This document shows, piece by piece, positions 32,812-42,155 of a DNA stretch of 64,000 nucleotides (the first letter of the stretch is position 1; each line of letters opens with the position of its first letter). The stretch covers positions 448,001-512,000 of the forward strand of contig CBDHHL010000032.1 in NCBI GenBank assembly GCA_965263355.1. Reading direction: 5' to 3'. This DNA is from Leptolyngbyaceae cyanobacterium. Lineage in GTDB: Bacteria > Cyanobacteriota > Cyanobacteriia > Phormidesmidales > Phormidesmidaceae. The position numbers and the translations under genes are program-made. Under the pieces are notes generated by a model. That model was not told the origin of the DNA and ran no database searches. It saw only the letters and a list, made by a program, of their open reading frames with translations.

Positions 32812-33368
32812 TGCTACATTATGATTTCTGTTTGTGTATGGGGCGTTTTCAGCCCTTTCATGTAGGCCATTTTGATTTGGTACAAACGTCCTTAGAGAGG
32901 GGTAAACGGGTGATTATCCTTCTAGGCAGTCATCTAAGCCGCCAAACCCTCAGAAACCCCTGGATTTCTGAGGAACGAGAGCAGATGATTCAAATGTGTT
33001 TAAGCCCCACTGAACAGGCTCGGGTGGATGTAGTACCTATTTGTGATTACGAAGCTAATGAGGAATGGTCATCTACAATTCACAGGGAGGTTTACAGTAT
33101 TGCCGATTTTTCACATAAAATTGCTATCGTTGGTCACCATGATGGAGGGCAGAAATTTTTCTCTCAGTGGTTTCCTAAATGGAAATATGTTGAAAAATTA
33201 CGTCAGCCAAATCTCAATGCAACTGATATTCGCATTGCCTATTTTGGCGGACTTCCAGAAACTCACTACTGCCATAAGCTACCCGCTGGAACATTGGATT
33301 ATTTGAGAGAGTTTAAGACGCAATCAATTTATCAGCAGCTTTGCTCAAAATATAAAGAACAAGAATAG
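32811..33368 (+). CDS. Cytidylyltransferase-family NadM-like adenylyltransferase without a Nudix domain
   Basis: GRFQPFHVGH, RNPW..EER..MI, FPKW, NATDIR. Confidence 0.85.
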   Translation: MLHYDFCLCMGRFQPFHVGHFDLVQTSLERGKRVIILLGSHLSRQTLRNPWISEEREQMIQMCLSPTEQARVDVVPICDYEANEEWSSTIHREVYSIADFSHKIAIVGHHDGGQKFFSQWFPKWKYVEKLRQPNLNATDIRIAYFGGLPETHYCHKLPAGTLDYLREFKTQSIYQQLCSKYKEQE

Positions 33369-33487
33369 AGGTAGTTTAGTTTTGACTTTTGCATTACTGT
33401 CGGGTACAGAATCCGATTACTATATTTGCTGGATTGCATATAACATATATAACTATCATTTCCTGTCACTGTGACTGAAGCAGCCAT

Positions 33488-33568
33488 AGCATAACAACGA
33501 CGATAGAGCGGATAGAAAATCATGCCTAAGAGTTTAATATTGTTTTCTGCCACTCATCTTCATTAGGC
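33488..33568 (+). other. Degenerate integron attC-like site
   Basis: GCATAAC (R''), GAGCGGATAGAAAA pairing imperfectly with TTTTCTGCCACTC, ending CATTAGGC (degenerate R'). Confidence 0.5.
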
Positions 33569-34159
33569 ATGTTTATGAATTTACACATCCGCGACATGGA
33601 TGCAGAGGATTTTGAATCTGTTTTCGAAATTAACCAGGAGTCAATGCTGAATGTATTTGAATTAAACGCAAATGAGTTTTTCCACCTGTTTGAATTATGC
33701 GAGTATGCAAAGGTAATCGAAATAGATCATAAGGTAGCAGGTTACATATTTGTACTGGGGAAAGGGCTGGAGTATGACGGAGAGGAATATAACTGGTTCT
33801 GTGAAAATTTAGGAAATGATTTCTTGTACATTGATCAGGTGGCTATAGGAGGAATATGGAGAGGAATAGGTTGTGGTAAAAAACTCTATAAAGACCTGGA
33901 GAATTATGCGGCTCGAAATCAAAAGAATGCGCTAGTATGCGAAGTTAATTACAAACCATTAAATCAAGACTCGATGGCCTTTCACGAAAGATTGGGGTTC
34001 AAAGAGATATCTCGTATGGAGACGCGCGGCATAATTGTGTCATTGCTAGTAAAGCAAAACATCTTGAATGATGCCCAAGTTAATCTGACTGATAAACTTG
34101 GTGGAAAAGCCATCTCAACGTGCAGAAGTAAACTTTTTATAGCAGCTGACTCCGTCTAA
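33569..34159 (+). CDS. GNAT family N-acetyltransferase
   Basis: FLYIDQVAI...RGIGCGKKLY, CEVN..PLN..S.AFHERLGF. Confidence 0.88.
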   Translation: MFMNLHIRDMDAEDFESVFEINQESMLNVFELNANEFFHLFELCEYAKVIEIDHKVAGYIFVLGKGLEYDGEEYNWFCENLGNDFLYIDQVAIGGIWRGIGCGKKLYKDLENYAARNQKNALVCEVNYKPLNQDSMAFHERLGFKEISRMETRGIIVSLLVKQNILNDAQVNLTDKLGGKAISTCRSKLFIAADSV

Positions 34160-34228
34160 CATTCGCAGAATCGGCCAGATTGAACATTCTGGAGTTAATA
34201 ACACAATGTTGACCGCCGCCCAGCTACG

Positions 34229-34304
34229 TTACGCAGTTCAGTTGTTCGGGCACATACAACCAAAACTCACTTGCTAGTATTCTAGAGGTTTATTGGTAGT
34301 CATA
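34229..34304 (+). repeat. ~76 bp imperfect direct repeat, copy 2
   Basis: GTTCAGTTGTTCGGGCACATACAACCAAAACTCACTTGCTAGTATTCTAGAGGTTTATTG. Confidence 0.85.
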
Positions 34305-34914
34305 ATGGGTGGCCATCCAACTGCAGTCGAAGCGCCAAACAGTCCAGCTCCCTGTCTGTCACAAGTCAAAATATCGGATATATTGCCGTCTTGGCAGACA
34401 TCATTGTGGCAACATTCCGCGAGAACTGTTCGGCAGACGATTTCAGTTCCCATGATATCCACCTAAACCCATAGCCTGGTGGCTGGAATGAAGAAGAGTT
34501 GGAAGGCTTATCTATTCTTTTTCTTCAATTGAAGGCGTTTTTCAAAGTGGCACTCGAAGCAAATAAAGTTACACTTTTATTCTCTATATATACCTGCTTT
34601 TCAACATTTTTTCAACATTCTCTATTCCAGTTCAAAGCTTTTGTCTGCGCCGTTTGAGAGTTTTGTATATTTTGGTCGATCATTTTTGTCTTGAGTTAGA
34701 CGATCAGTTGTTCTGTACTTGTAAAATTAAAAAAAATAAATTAAAGTAAAGCCTGATTTTTTATCTTTTTCTGCTATGGTTTTAAACGGCTTCGACACTA
34801 TTGCACTTGATGCTTGATAAGCAGTCTGCTTGCTTCTTTATGTATCTTGAGATCGCACTGCTGCAGATTATTATTAGCATTGTTCATTTTAGGTGGTAGT
34901 GAAACAAAGAAGTT

Positions 34915-36378
34915 GTGATGATAAGCAAACAAAAGATTATGAGTGGTGTAGACAGTTGGGTTTCCTCGCCTTATCATGAGCATTCGGAGCGTGCAGTAAA
35001 TGCAGATGAGCTTCGTGATGTATATATGCATTGGGCAAGTTCTTATGATGATGAAATGCTTGCTAACAATTTGCAGTCTTACAAATCGGTGACACAGGTT
35101 TCACTTGAAATGTTATCCAAAATGGACGCTCCCGTAGCAGGTAGGCCGTTACGTGTGATGGATGCTGGTTGCGGCACAGGACTCCTTGGACAGTATTTTT
35201 CAAAATCGCTCCAGGTAAGCGAACTCAAATCTTGCCAAGTTTATCTTGTAGGTGTAGACCTCAGCCCAGATATGCTACATATCGCAGAGAAAAAAGGCTG
35301 CTTCGATGAACTCCATGAGGGAAGCTTGAAAGATCTGCAGGCATTTGACGCATCCAGCTTTGATTTGATTATTTCCTCTGGTGTTTTCCTGGCAGGGCAC
35401 TGTGGTCCCGAAACGCTAACCCCCTTACTGAGTCACCTATGTCCGGGAGGATATGCGGTTTTCACGGTTCGATCATCCTTATTTCGAGAACATGAGGCAA
35501 GCTTTCTCTCCGCCATCACAGATGCTGGCTGCTCACTTCTGCAAGCGACCACGATGCCCTATTATGGGGAAATTGAAGCCCGCGTGCTGACTGTAAGGAA
35601 GCTATTGCATGAAGCTGATAATGAGCCATGGATGGCATGGAAGCAGCATTACGAAGCACAAGGCTTTGCCCCATTAGAGTTCAAAGCAGAGTCAGCCGAA
35701 CTCGCTGATTTTGATGCTTATATTGCCTCGCGTGTACAAGCGCAGCATCCCGGAAATATCTTTGATGATGAAGGCAATCTGCGGGCTGTTCATGGTTATG
35801 AACGGGGACTTATTTCCACACTCATGGCTAAACTTGCCAACCAGGCCAAAGGATTACTCGACTGTCGCTCTGTTTACCTCTATCAATTTCGGGTCAACTC
35901 TAAGCATCCCTCTCAGCAAGGCCGTGGCGGTTGGGCCCCTCATCGCGACTACGACTTTTGGCAAAGGATGGATGGTCTGCCATTGCCGCGATTAGTAGTT
36001 TTCCATATCTTTCTGACAGAGCAAACCTCAGATAATGGTGCGCTCGTCTTGTGTGACGGTAGCCACAAAGCCAATGTCGAACTATGTATTATCGATGATC
36101 AGGATTGGCGCGGAGGTTTTGGAGAAGTACTAAGCTATACGATCCCACCTGAGGCCTATGAAGATTGGTCGAAGAAAACACCGATGTTTGGCTCAGCAGG
36201 CAGTATCGTTGCTATGCATCCATTGACATGGCATGCCTCATCGCCCAATCGATCCAACGCCAATAGGGTAATTGCTTCAATAATTTTTAATGATCTCGAC
36301 AATCTGCCCAAGGATAAAGAAATGATGGGTAATCGCCCAGATTTTATAGTACATCGTCCTGATCAGTATGTCTGGTGA
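34915..36378 (+). CDS. Fusion of a class I SAM methyltransferase and a PhyH/EctD-like Fe(II)/2OG dioxygenase
   Basis: VMDAGCGTG, GVDLSPDML; WAPHRDYDFW..MDG.P, DNGAL, GSH, WHASSPN...R. Confidence 0.85.
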   Translation: MMISKQKIMSGVDSWVSSPYHEHSERAVNADELRDVYMHWASSYDDEMLANNLQSYKSVTQVSLEMLSKMDAPVAGRPLRVMDAGCGTGLLGQYFSKSLQVSELKSCQVYLVGVDLSPDMLHIAEKKGCFDELHEGSLKDLQAFDASSFDLIISSGVFLAGHCGPETLTPLLSHLCPGGYAVFTVRSSLFREHEASFLSAITDAGCSLLQATTMPYYGEIEARVLTVRKLLHEADNEPWMAWKQHYEAQGFAPLEFKAESAELADFDAYIASRVQAQHPGNIFDDEGNLRAVHGYERGLISTLMAKLANQAKGLLDCRSVYLYQFRVNSKHPSQQGRGGWAPHRDYDFWQRMDGLPLPRLVVFHIFLTEQTSDNGALVLCDGSHKANVELCIIDDQDWRGGFGEVLSYTIPPEAYEDWSKKTPMFGSAGSIVAMHPLTWHASSPNRSNANRVIASIIFNDLDNLPKDKEMMGNRPDFIVHRPDQYVW

Positions 36379-36549
36379 AGTTTCTAGCTAGCTTAGGATA
36401 GAACCAGGGATGGCTTGTCATGTCCTCCGGCTACAGGGGTCGACCAAATTGGCTTTCTGTGATTTCAATGGCGACGACAAAATGGATATAGTTCTTTCCA
36501 AGATTTTTATGATCGCATTTCTATCCGTGTGACATTGAAAATTAAACCA

Positions 36550-37188
36550 TTAGAGTCTAACTTTGGGGCAGGCAGGTGCTTCTTTAGTAACCGTGCAGGC
36601 CTTTAAACAAGGCTGTTGGTAGGCATCTTCCGTCTCCAGGGGTGGGGGTATTTGACCAAATACCATATCGCAACTGAGGTCTTCAAAGTTGGGTGTCATC
36701 GTTAGGGGGATGCCAAACTTTTCAGTAAAAAACTGTTGTGTGGGTAGTTTACACATGTTGATACACATGCCCACACAGCTACTTTGCTCTAAATAACGAC
36801 ACTTTTCAATGTGTACCGCACTTTTCTGTTGACGCGCTTGTCCTGACGCTGTTGTTACCTCGGCAAATTCCACGCTACAGGGACCGACTAGCCATTCAAA
36901 CAGTTGGGTGGCAAACCAGGCATTGAGTTCACATACTAACTGAGTAGGAGAGAAAAATGTACGAATTCCCCACAACACAGGGGCTGGCACTAATGACTGT
37001 AAAACGACGGCAACAAGTTTTTGCTGCTGTTTTGAGTTACGGCCCTGCATAATCTTTTGCGACAGCTCAACAAACCCGTCGTAGCCAGACTGATTGCTCC
37101 GTTCGCCCACGGCCCTAGACATTTTCCAAGCGAACAGACGAATAAAGAGCTGGTCAAAAAAAGAATCGTGATAGGTCGTTTTTTCCAC
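36550..37188 (-). CDS. DUF4033 / DWARF27-like beta-carotene isomerase family protein
   Basis: WLVGPC, IEKCRYLE.S.CVGMCINMCK.PTQ.FF, PNFEDLSC. Confidence 0.88.
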   Translation of the reverse strand: MEKTTYHDSFFDQLFIRLFAWKMSRAVGERSNQSGYDGFVELSQKIMQGRNSKQQQKLVAVVLQSLVPAPVLWGIRTFFSPTQLVCELNAWFATQLFEWLVGPCSVEFAEVTTASGQARQQKSAVHIEKCRYLEQSSCVGMCINMCKLPTQQFFTEKFGIPLTMTPNFEDLSCDMVFGQIPPPLETEDAYQQPCLKACTVTKEAPACPKVRL

Positions 37189-37270
37189 TACTGATTTTGC
37201 GTTAGTTTAGCCGTGTGTCTAGTAGTAGACTAAATCGAATGGACTGATTACAGCAATAGATAATTTCTGA

Positions 37271-37313
37271 TAACCATAGCCACTGCTTCAATTAAGAACA
37301 GTGGCTATGGTTA
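37271..37313. terminator. Strong hairpin downstream of 37336..37551
   Basis: TAACCATAGCCACTG ... CAGTGGCTATGGTTA, 15 bp perfect stem. Confidence 0.65.
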
Positions 37314-37335
37314 AGGTAGGGTTGTATTTGAATTG

Positions 37336-37551
37336 TTAGCCCTTATTCCGAACTCTGCGATTATGGCGAATCAGATCATGGAAGGTTGCATTATCAGATA
37401 GTTCTGAGGGGCTGGACACCTGCCGATTGGAGCGGGCACTTTTAGCCTGAGTGTCTAACCGAGTAGCTGCGATTGTATTGGCCTGGGCAGACGATGTGAT
37501 GGCAGTCGCTGCAATTAAAACGGTCAAAGCAGTCAAAAGATAGTGTTTCAT
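37336..37551 (-). CDS. Small secreted hypothetical protein
   Basis: Signal peptide MKHYLLTALTVLIAATAITSSAQA; AAGGA RBS. Confidence 0.65.
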   Translation of the reverse strand: MKHYLLTALTVLIAATAITSSAQANTIAATRLDTQAKSARSNRQVSSPSELSDNATFHDLIRHNRRVRNKG

Positions 37552-37694
37552 GGGTCAAGTTCCTTATGAGTGAGATACACGCTGTTGAAACAACGGCATC
37601 GGATTATTTATTTGCTTGCTCACAAGGATGATTGCCGGATCTGAGTTGTCCCTTATACGAATCTGAATCAAATCGTAAATGTTGCTGTGGATGG

Positions 37695-37862
37695 CTGAGG
37701 AGGTGATTTATCTATGGCTCCAAAAGACGTCCGCGACTACATCTACGACATGCCAGACCACATCGCTACCGCCGAGCGACTAATGGAGGGATGACCTTTG
37801 AAGAATTTGAGCAGGATAAGAAGCCGGTTTTGGCCCTTACGCGTGCCGTTGAAATTGTGACG
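37695..37862 (+). pseudogene. Remnant of an MNT antitoxin C-terminus plus a frameshifted DUF86/HepT toxin N-terminus
   Basis: Own translation: AEEVIYL, then MAPKDVRDYIYDM..HI..AERLMEG / MTFEEFEQDKK.VLALTRAVEIV, ending at the aroC stop. Confidence 0.65.
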
Positions 37863-37864
37863 GT

Positions 37865-38953
37865 CTATAGCAGTTCGCATTGACCATGGTGACGCAGTAA
37901 ATGATCGCAAAGCACCAGGGCCATCATCGCTTCTACCATGGGAACCGCCCGAGGCAGCACACAGGGGTCATGACGCCCACGCCCCGACAGGGTTGTTTCA
38001 TTGCCTTGCTGATCGACGGTCTTCTGCTCTTTAAGAATTGTGGCTGTAGGCTTAAAGGCCACTCGGATAATAATGTTCTCACCGTTGGAAATTCCCCCCT
38101 GGGTCCCGCCTGACCGATTGGTGCGGGTACGAATCGAGCCGTCAGCATCGGTATAAAACTCGTCATTATGCTGACTACCGGTGAGCAAGGTGCCAGCAAA
38201 GCCTGACCCCAACTCAAACCCTTTACTTGCCGGTAACGACATCATGCCTTTGGCCAGGTCGGCCTCCAGTTTGTCAAACACAGGTGAACCCAACCCCTTA
38301 GGAACCTGACGCGCTACGCACTCCACCACCCCGCCGATGGAATCACCCTCTTTGCGCACTTGATCAATGCGGGCAATCATTTCCTGGGCAAAGTCAGGGT
38401 TGGGACAGCGGACAATGTTGCTTTCTACCTGGTCCAGGGTGACGCTATTGGGGTCGATGGGAGCTTCCATATCTTGGATGCGTTTGACATAGCCGACAAT
38501 TTCTACGCCTGCAACTTGATGGAGGATTTTTTTTGCGATCGCACCCGCTGCCACCCGACCAATGGTTTCCCGAGCCGAGGACCGTCCACCGCCCTGATAG
38601 TTGCGAATACCGTATTTAGCATCGTAGGTAGCATCCGCATGGGAAGGACGATACTTCGTCGCCATTTCCCCATAGTCTTGGGGCCGCTGATCCTTATTGC
38701 GCACCAGCACTGTAATCGGTGTGCCCAGGGTCTTTCCCTGGAACACCCCAGAAACGATCTCACAGGTATCCGTCTCCTTACGGGGTGTGGTAATTTTGCT
38801 TTGCCCCGGTCGCCGTCGATCTAAATCCACCTGAATTTCCTCAGCAGAAATCTCTAACTGAGGTGGACAACCATCAATAACTACGCCTACACCCCCACCG
38901 TGGGATTCGCCAAAGGTAGTAATGCGGAATAGGTGACCAAAGGTGTTGCCCAT
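37865..38953 (-). CDS. aroC: Chorismate synthase
   Basis: GESHG, RPSHAD, RSSARET, AFKPTAT, GRHDPCV. Confidence 0.98.
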   Translation of the reverse strand: MGNTFGHLFRITTFGESHGGGVGVVIDGCPPQLEISAEEIQVDLDRRRPGQSKITTPRKETDTCEIVSGVFQGKTLGTPITVLVRNKDQRPQDYGEMATKYRPSHADATYDAKYGIRNYQGGGRSSARETIGRVAAGAIAKKILHQVAGVEIVGYVKRIQDMEAPIDPNSVTLDQVESNIVRCPNPDFAQEMIARIDQVRKEGDSIGGVVECVARQVPKGLGSPVFDKLEADLAKGMMSLPASKGFELGSGFAGTLLTGSQHNDEFYTDADGSIRTRTNRSGGTQGGISNGENIIIRVAFKPTATILKEQKTVDQQGNETTLSGRGRHDPCVLPRAVPMVEAMMALVLCDHLLRHHGQCELL

Positions 38954-39041
38954 GGGTTTTCTCTAATCAGGATTGATTTAAAAAGCTTTTCAATCCTACC
39001 GTAGGACGAGCCACCCTTGCGGAGGGCGAGTATGGCTTACC

Positions 39042-39953
39042 TTAGCGTAAACGCCAATACTCAACCAAACTCATGTCATGGTCCATTTTCATAACGTTGC
39101 GAGGATTAACAGCCTTGCCCTTGAAATAAACGCCGTAATGCAGATGAGGTCCAGACGAACGACCGCTATTGCCTAAGTAGCCAACAATATCGCCACGCTT
39201 AACCTTAACGCCAGATTCAACTGCAAGCTTGGACATATGGGCGTAAAGAGTTTCATAGCCGTAGCCATGTTTGATACTGACAGTATTGCCATAGCCACCG
39301 TAGTATTCGGCTCGACTAACCACACCATCTGCGGTGGCAAAGATTGCTGTGCCGTAAGGGCCAACAAAGTCGGTACCTTCATGGGTTTCGTACCCATAGC
39401 CACCAAATGGATTACGCCGTACTCCAAACTCAGACGAAATATCCAGGGGACCACCAATGGGTAATCCATCTGGGAAGGCGGAGACCTTGGCCTCTTCAGC
39501 CGCTAGTGTTTCTTCCAAAGCGGGTCTAATACTGCCGTCTAGCAGGCTACTTAGCTGAGGTAGCTTTTCACTGGCCTTCTCGTACAACTCAATACCACTA
39601 GCGACAACGGCCACCCCGCCCCGTGGAGAACCATCATCGGGAACAGTATCTGACTCACCAAGCTCAGGTAAACCGGCCCGTTCCCGCAAATTTTCAATTT
39701 CTGAATCTAAAGTATTCAGCTCAGTTAATACCTGATGGGCCTGATCCGTTAGCTGGCGATTTTCATCTGTAAGCTGAACATTGCTTTGAAACAACGAAAA
39801 GATAACGGCACCTAGCCAACCCAAGGGGACACCAAGCAGGACAAAGCCAGCGATTATTCCAGCGAGGGGAGTAAATGTAATCGTGACAGGGGTCTGCCCA
39901 GAACGTGTAACTAAAACCGTGTAACTTTTCAGCAATTGCCGACGCATAGGCAT
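39042..39953 (-). CDS. M23 family metallopeptidase with TM helix and coiled coil
   Basis: HEGTD, TLYAHM, SGRSSGPHLHY. Confidence 0.9.
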   Translation of the reverse strand: MPMRRQLLKSYTVLVTRSGQTPVTITFTPLAGIIAGFVLLGVPLGWLGAVIFSLFQSNVQLTDENRQLTDQAHQVLTELNTLDSEIENLRERAGLPELGESDTVPDDGSPRGGVAVVASGIELYEKASEKLPQLSSLLDGSIRPALEETLAAEEAKVSAFPDGLPIGGPLDISSEFGVRRNPFGGYGYETHEGTDFVGPYGTAIFATADGVVSRAEYYGGYGNTVSIKHGYGYETLYAHMSKLAVESGVKVKRGDIVGYLGNSGRSSGPHLHYGVYFKGKAVNPRNVMKMDHDMSLVEYWRLR

Positions 39954-40275
39954 TAAATCTAAGCGCTTAGCCCAAAAATGCCAGCCAAATGGCTAATACT
40001 TTGGAGCGCTATACCAATCTGTACGTTAAACAGCCTGATTATACGGGGATCATATCGATAAAATGAAAAGTAATTTGAAGAAACGTATGAAGTAGAGGAT
40101 GAGCATAAGTAAAACTTAATTGATCAGTATACGAACATAACTTAAGCTGTCCGGACTAACGTCTACTTCTTTAAAAATTGAGCAAATTGATCACTTTGAG
40201 CAGACTAGTGGTTGTGCATAGTCTGTGAAAATTTGGCTACAATACCTTAGATTAATAGGGTTTTCAGGCGTAGCT

Positions 40276-41073
40276 ATGTCAGAAAAAGGGTCAGGTGCGA
40301 TTACTTGGTTGGATGTTAATAGTTGGCAATTTAACCTATCAGGACGGTCCATCTTGGTAGACCCTTGGCTATTAGGGGATCTTGTTTTTAATAATTTGGG
40401 TTGGCTAATTCGTGGCATTAGACCCCAGCCAGTTCCCATGCCCCAGCAAATAGATTTATTACTCCTGTCCCAGGGATTGGCCGATCATGCCCATCCAGAC
40501 ACCTTAGAGGCTTTGGACAAGTCAATTCCAGTGGTGGCATCGGTATCCGGGGCTAAAGTAGCGGCGGACAAGGGGTTTACGACGGTCATATCTCTGGAGC
40601 CTGGACAGCGCTATCAGTTGGGGGACGATGTGTTGGTCGAGGCCTTACCAGGAGCCCCCATTGGGCCTATTGCCAAGGAAAATGCGTACATTATCACAGT
40701 ATTGCGCACAGGGTTACGCCTTTATTACGAACCCCATGGTTACCCTGCGGCTGAACTGGATGACTGCCCACCGGTGGATGTGGCCATTACTCCCCTAGTT
40801 AGTTTGACCTTGCCGGTATTGGGGCCTGTTATTCGGGGGGGTGAGGGGGCATTAGAGCTGGCGCAAAAGACGAAACCCCAGTGGTTGCTGCCTACGGCTG
40901 CGGGGGGGGATGTTACCTACGAAGGTCTGTTGGCTAAATTGTTGACGGCGACTGGTGGTGCGGATTGGGTGCGATCGCAGCTAGCCCAAGCTAACCTTTC
41001 TACCGAAGTCAAACTCCTACGCCCTATGGAGACTCTCTCTTTAGATTTACAACCTCAGTCCGTAGCTGTCTAA
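40276..41073 (+). CDS. MBL-fold metallo-hydrolase
   Basis: ILVDPWL, SQGLADHAH, YYEPHG. Confidence 0.85.
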   Translation: MSEKGSGAITWLDVNSWQFNLSGRSILVDPWLLGDLVFNNLGWLIRGIRPQPVPMPQQIDLLLLSQGLADHAHPDTLEALDKSIPVVASVSGAKVAADKGFTTVISLEPGQRYQLGDDVLVEALPGAPIGPIAKENAYIITVLRTGLRLYYEPHGYPAAELDDCPPVDVAITPLVSLTLPVLGPVIRGGEGALELAQKTKPQWLLPTAAGGDVTYEGLLAKLLTATGGADWVRSQLAQANLSTEVKLLRPMETLSLDLQPQSVAV

Positions 41074-41095
41074 GCTATCGCCTTACCCAGACTCA

Positions 41096-41536
41096 ATGGC
41101 CGTTACGATTAAATTTCAAAAACTCTTTCCTGCTGCCGTCATCCCCGCCTATACCCACCCTGGCGATGCTGGAGCTGATTTAGTAGCTATCTATCACCAC
41201 CAGCTGGAGCCGTTGCATCGGCTGGCTATTCCCACTGGATTAGCCGCCGAAATTCCCCAGGGCTATGAAATGCAGGTGCGGCCCAAAAGTAGTCTGGCGC
41301 TCAAGCATGGTGTTACCGTTCTTAACAGCCCAGGCACCGTCGATGCAGGCTATCGGGGCGAAATCAAAGTCATTTTGATTAATTTGGGGTCAGCAGCCTT
41401 TGCAATTACTCCAGGGCAGCGCATTGCTCAAATTGTGATTGCCCCAGTTACTCAGGCTGAATTTGCCGTGACAGACCAGTTAAGCGACTCACCGCGAGGC
41501 ACTGGTGGCTTTGGCTCTACTGGAACAAGCTATTAA
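41096..41536 (+). CDS. dut: dUTP diphosphatase
   Basis: AGADL, NSPGTVDAGYRGE, RIAQ, RGTGGFGSTG. Confidence 0.95.
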   Translation: MAVTIKFQKLFPAAVIPAYTHPGDAGADLVAIYHHQLEPLHRLAIPTGLAAEIPQGYEMQVRPKSSLALKHGVTVLNSPGTVDAGYRGEIKVILINLGSAAFAITPGQRIAQIVIAPVTQAEFAVTDQLSDSPRGTGGFGSTGTSY

Positions 41537-41606
41537 ACTTGGTTCACGTCCAGAACTGTAGTCTTGCTGTAGAGAAAACTCCAGGTTTCAACTTGGACGT
41601 GGTTTA
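41534..41606 (+). repeat. MITE-like family A copy filling the gap between two convergent genes
   Basis: TAAACTTGGTTCACGTCCAG...GGTTTCAACTTGGACGTGGTTTA; both ends coincide with TAA stop codons. Confidence 0.8.
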
Positions 41607-42155
41607 GAAATCATCCAACACATCAAGATCAATATCCTCATCTTCAAGCATGTCGGACAGGGATGTTGGATTAGCATCAATGGGCTTAGGCGATGTTATG
41701 TTTTCAAACATAGCTTCATGGGCTTGGGCCGAGTGGCCATTGGTCGAGTGGCCATTAGTTGAATGGCCGTTAGCCGAGTGGCCATTAACTGACGCATAGT
41801 CATTATTTGAAGCGGCTGCGCCCCCTCCTCCCAGGGATTCACTCAACTTGGGCCCGTAGGCCTCGCCAGTTAAAAAATGTCGTCGGATCTGAAAAATTCT
41901 AAACTCCAGTTCGTCGATGGCATTGCGAGCTATTACTTGGGCTTCTTCTTTGGAGACATCGTCTTCATAGGCCCAAGGTAGATAGTAGGCTTTCAGTGCC
42001 CGCACGACCGACTCTCGCATGTTCACCATTTTGTTGTCGCGCAGATAGTTAACGATGCGCCCTTCAACGGTGTCAGGGTCAGAACTAATGCTAAAAGAAA
42101 CGCGTTTTCTGGTGGCAGGTACTTCTTTCTTAGGGGTGCTTTTCTTTTTAACCAT
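41604..42155 (-). CDS. Hypothetical protein, ParR-like partner of the actin-like ATPase; contains 15 bp (NGHSA/T) tandem repeats
   Basis: Start overlaps the parM stop by 8 bp; basic N-terminus with beta-strand RVSFSI then helices; acidic tail. Confidence 0.6.
   Translation of the reverse strand: MVKKKSTPKKEVPATRKRVSFSISSDPDTVEGRIVNYLRDNKMVNMRESVVRALKAYYLPWAYEDDVSKEEAQVIARNAIDELEFRIFQIRRHFLTGEAYGPKLSESLGGGGAAASNNDYASVNGHSANGHSTNGHSTNGHSAQAHEAMFENITSPKPIDANPTSLSDMLEDEDIDLDVLDDF

Noticed and set aside
34455..34600. Fragment reading PGGWNEEELEGL...LKAFFKVA, resembling a YfbM/DUF1877 C-terminus
   Set aside because: Too short and lacking a start; cannot be supported without a search.
41275..41300. 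dUTPase motif II reads PKSSLA rather than PRSGLA
   Set aside because: The substitutions are conservative and all other motifs are intact; not enough to claim altered function.
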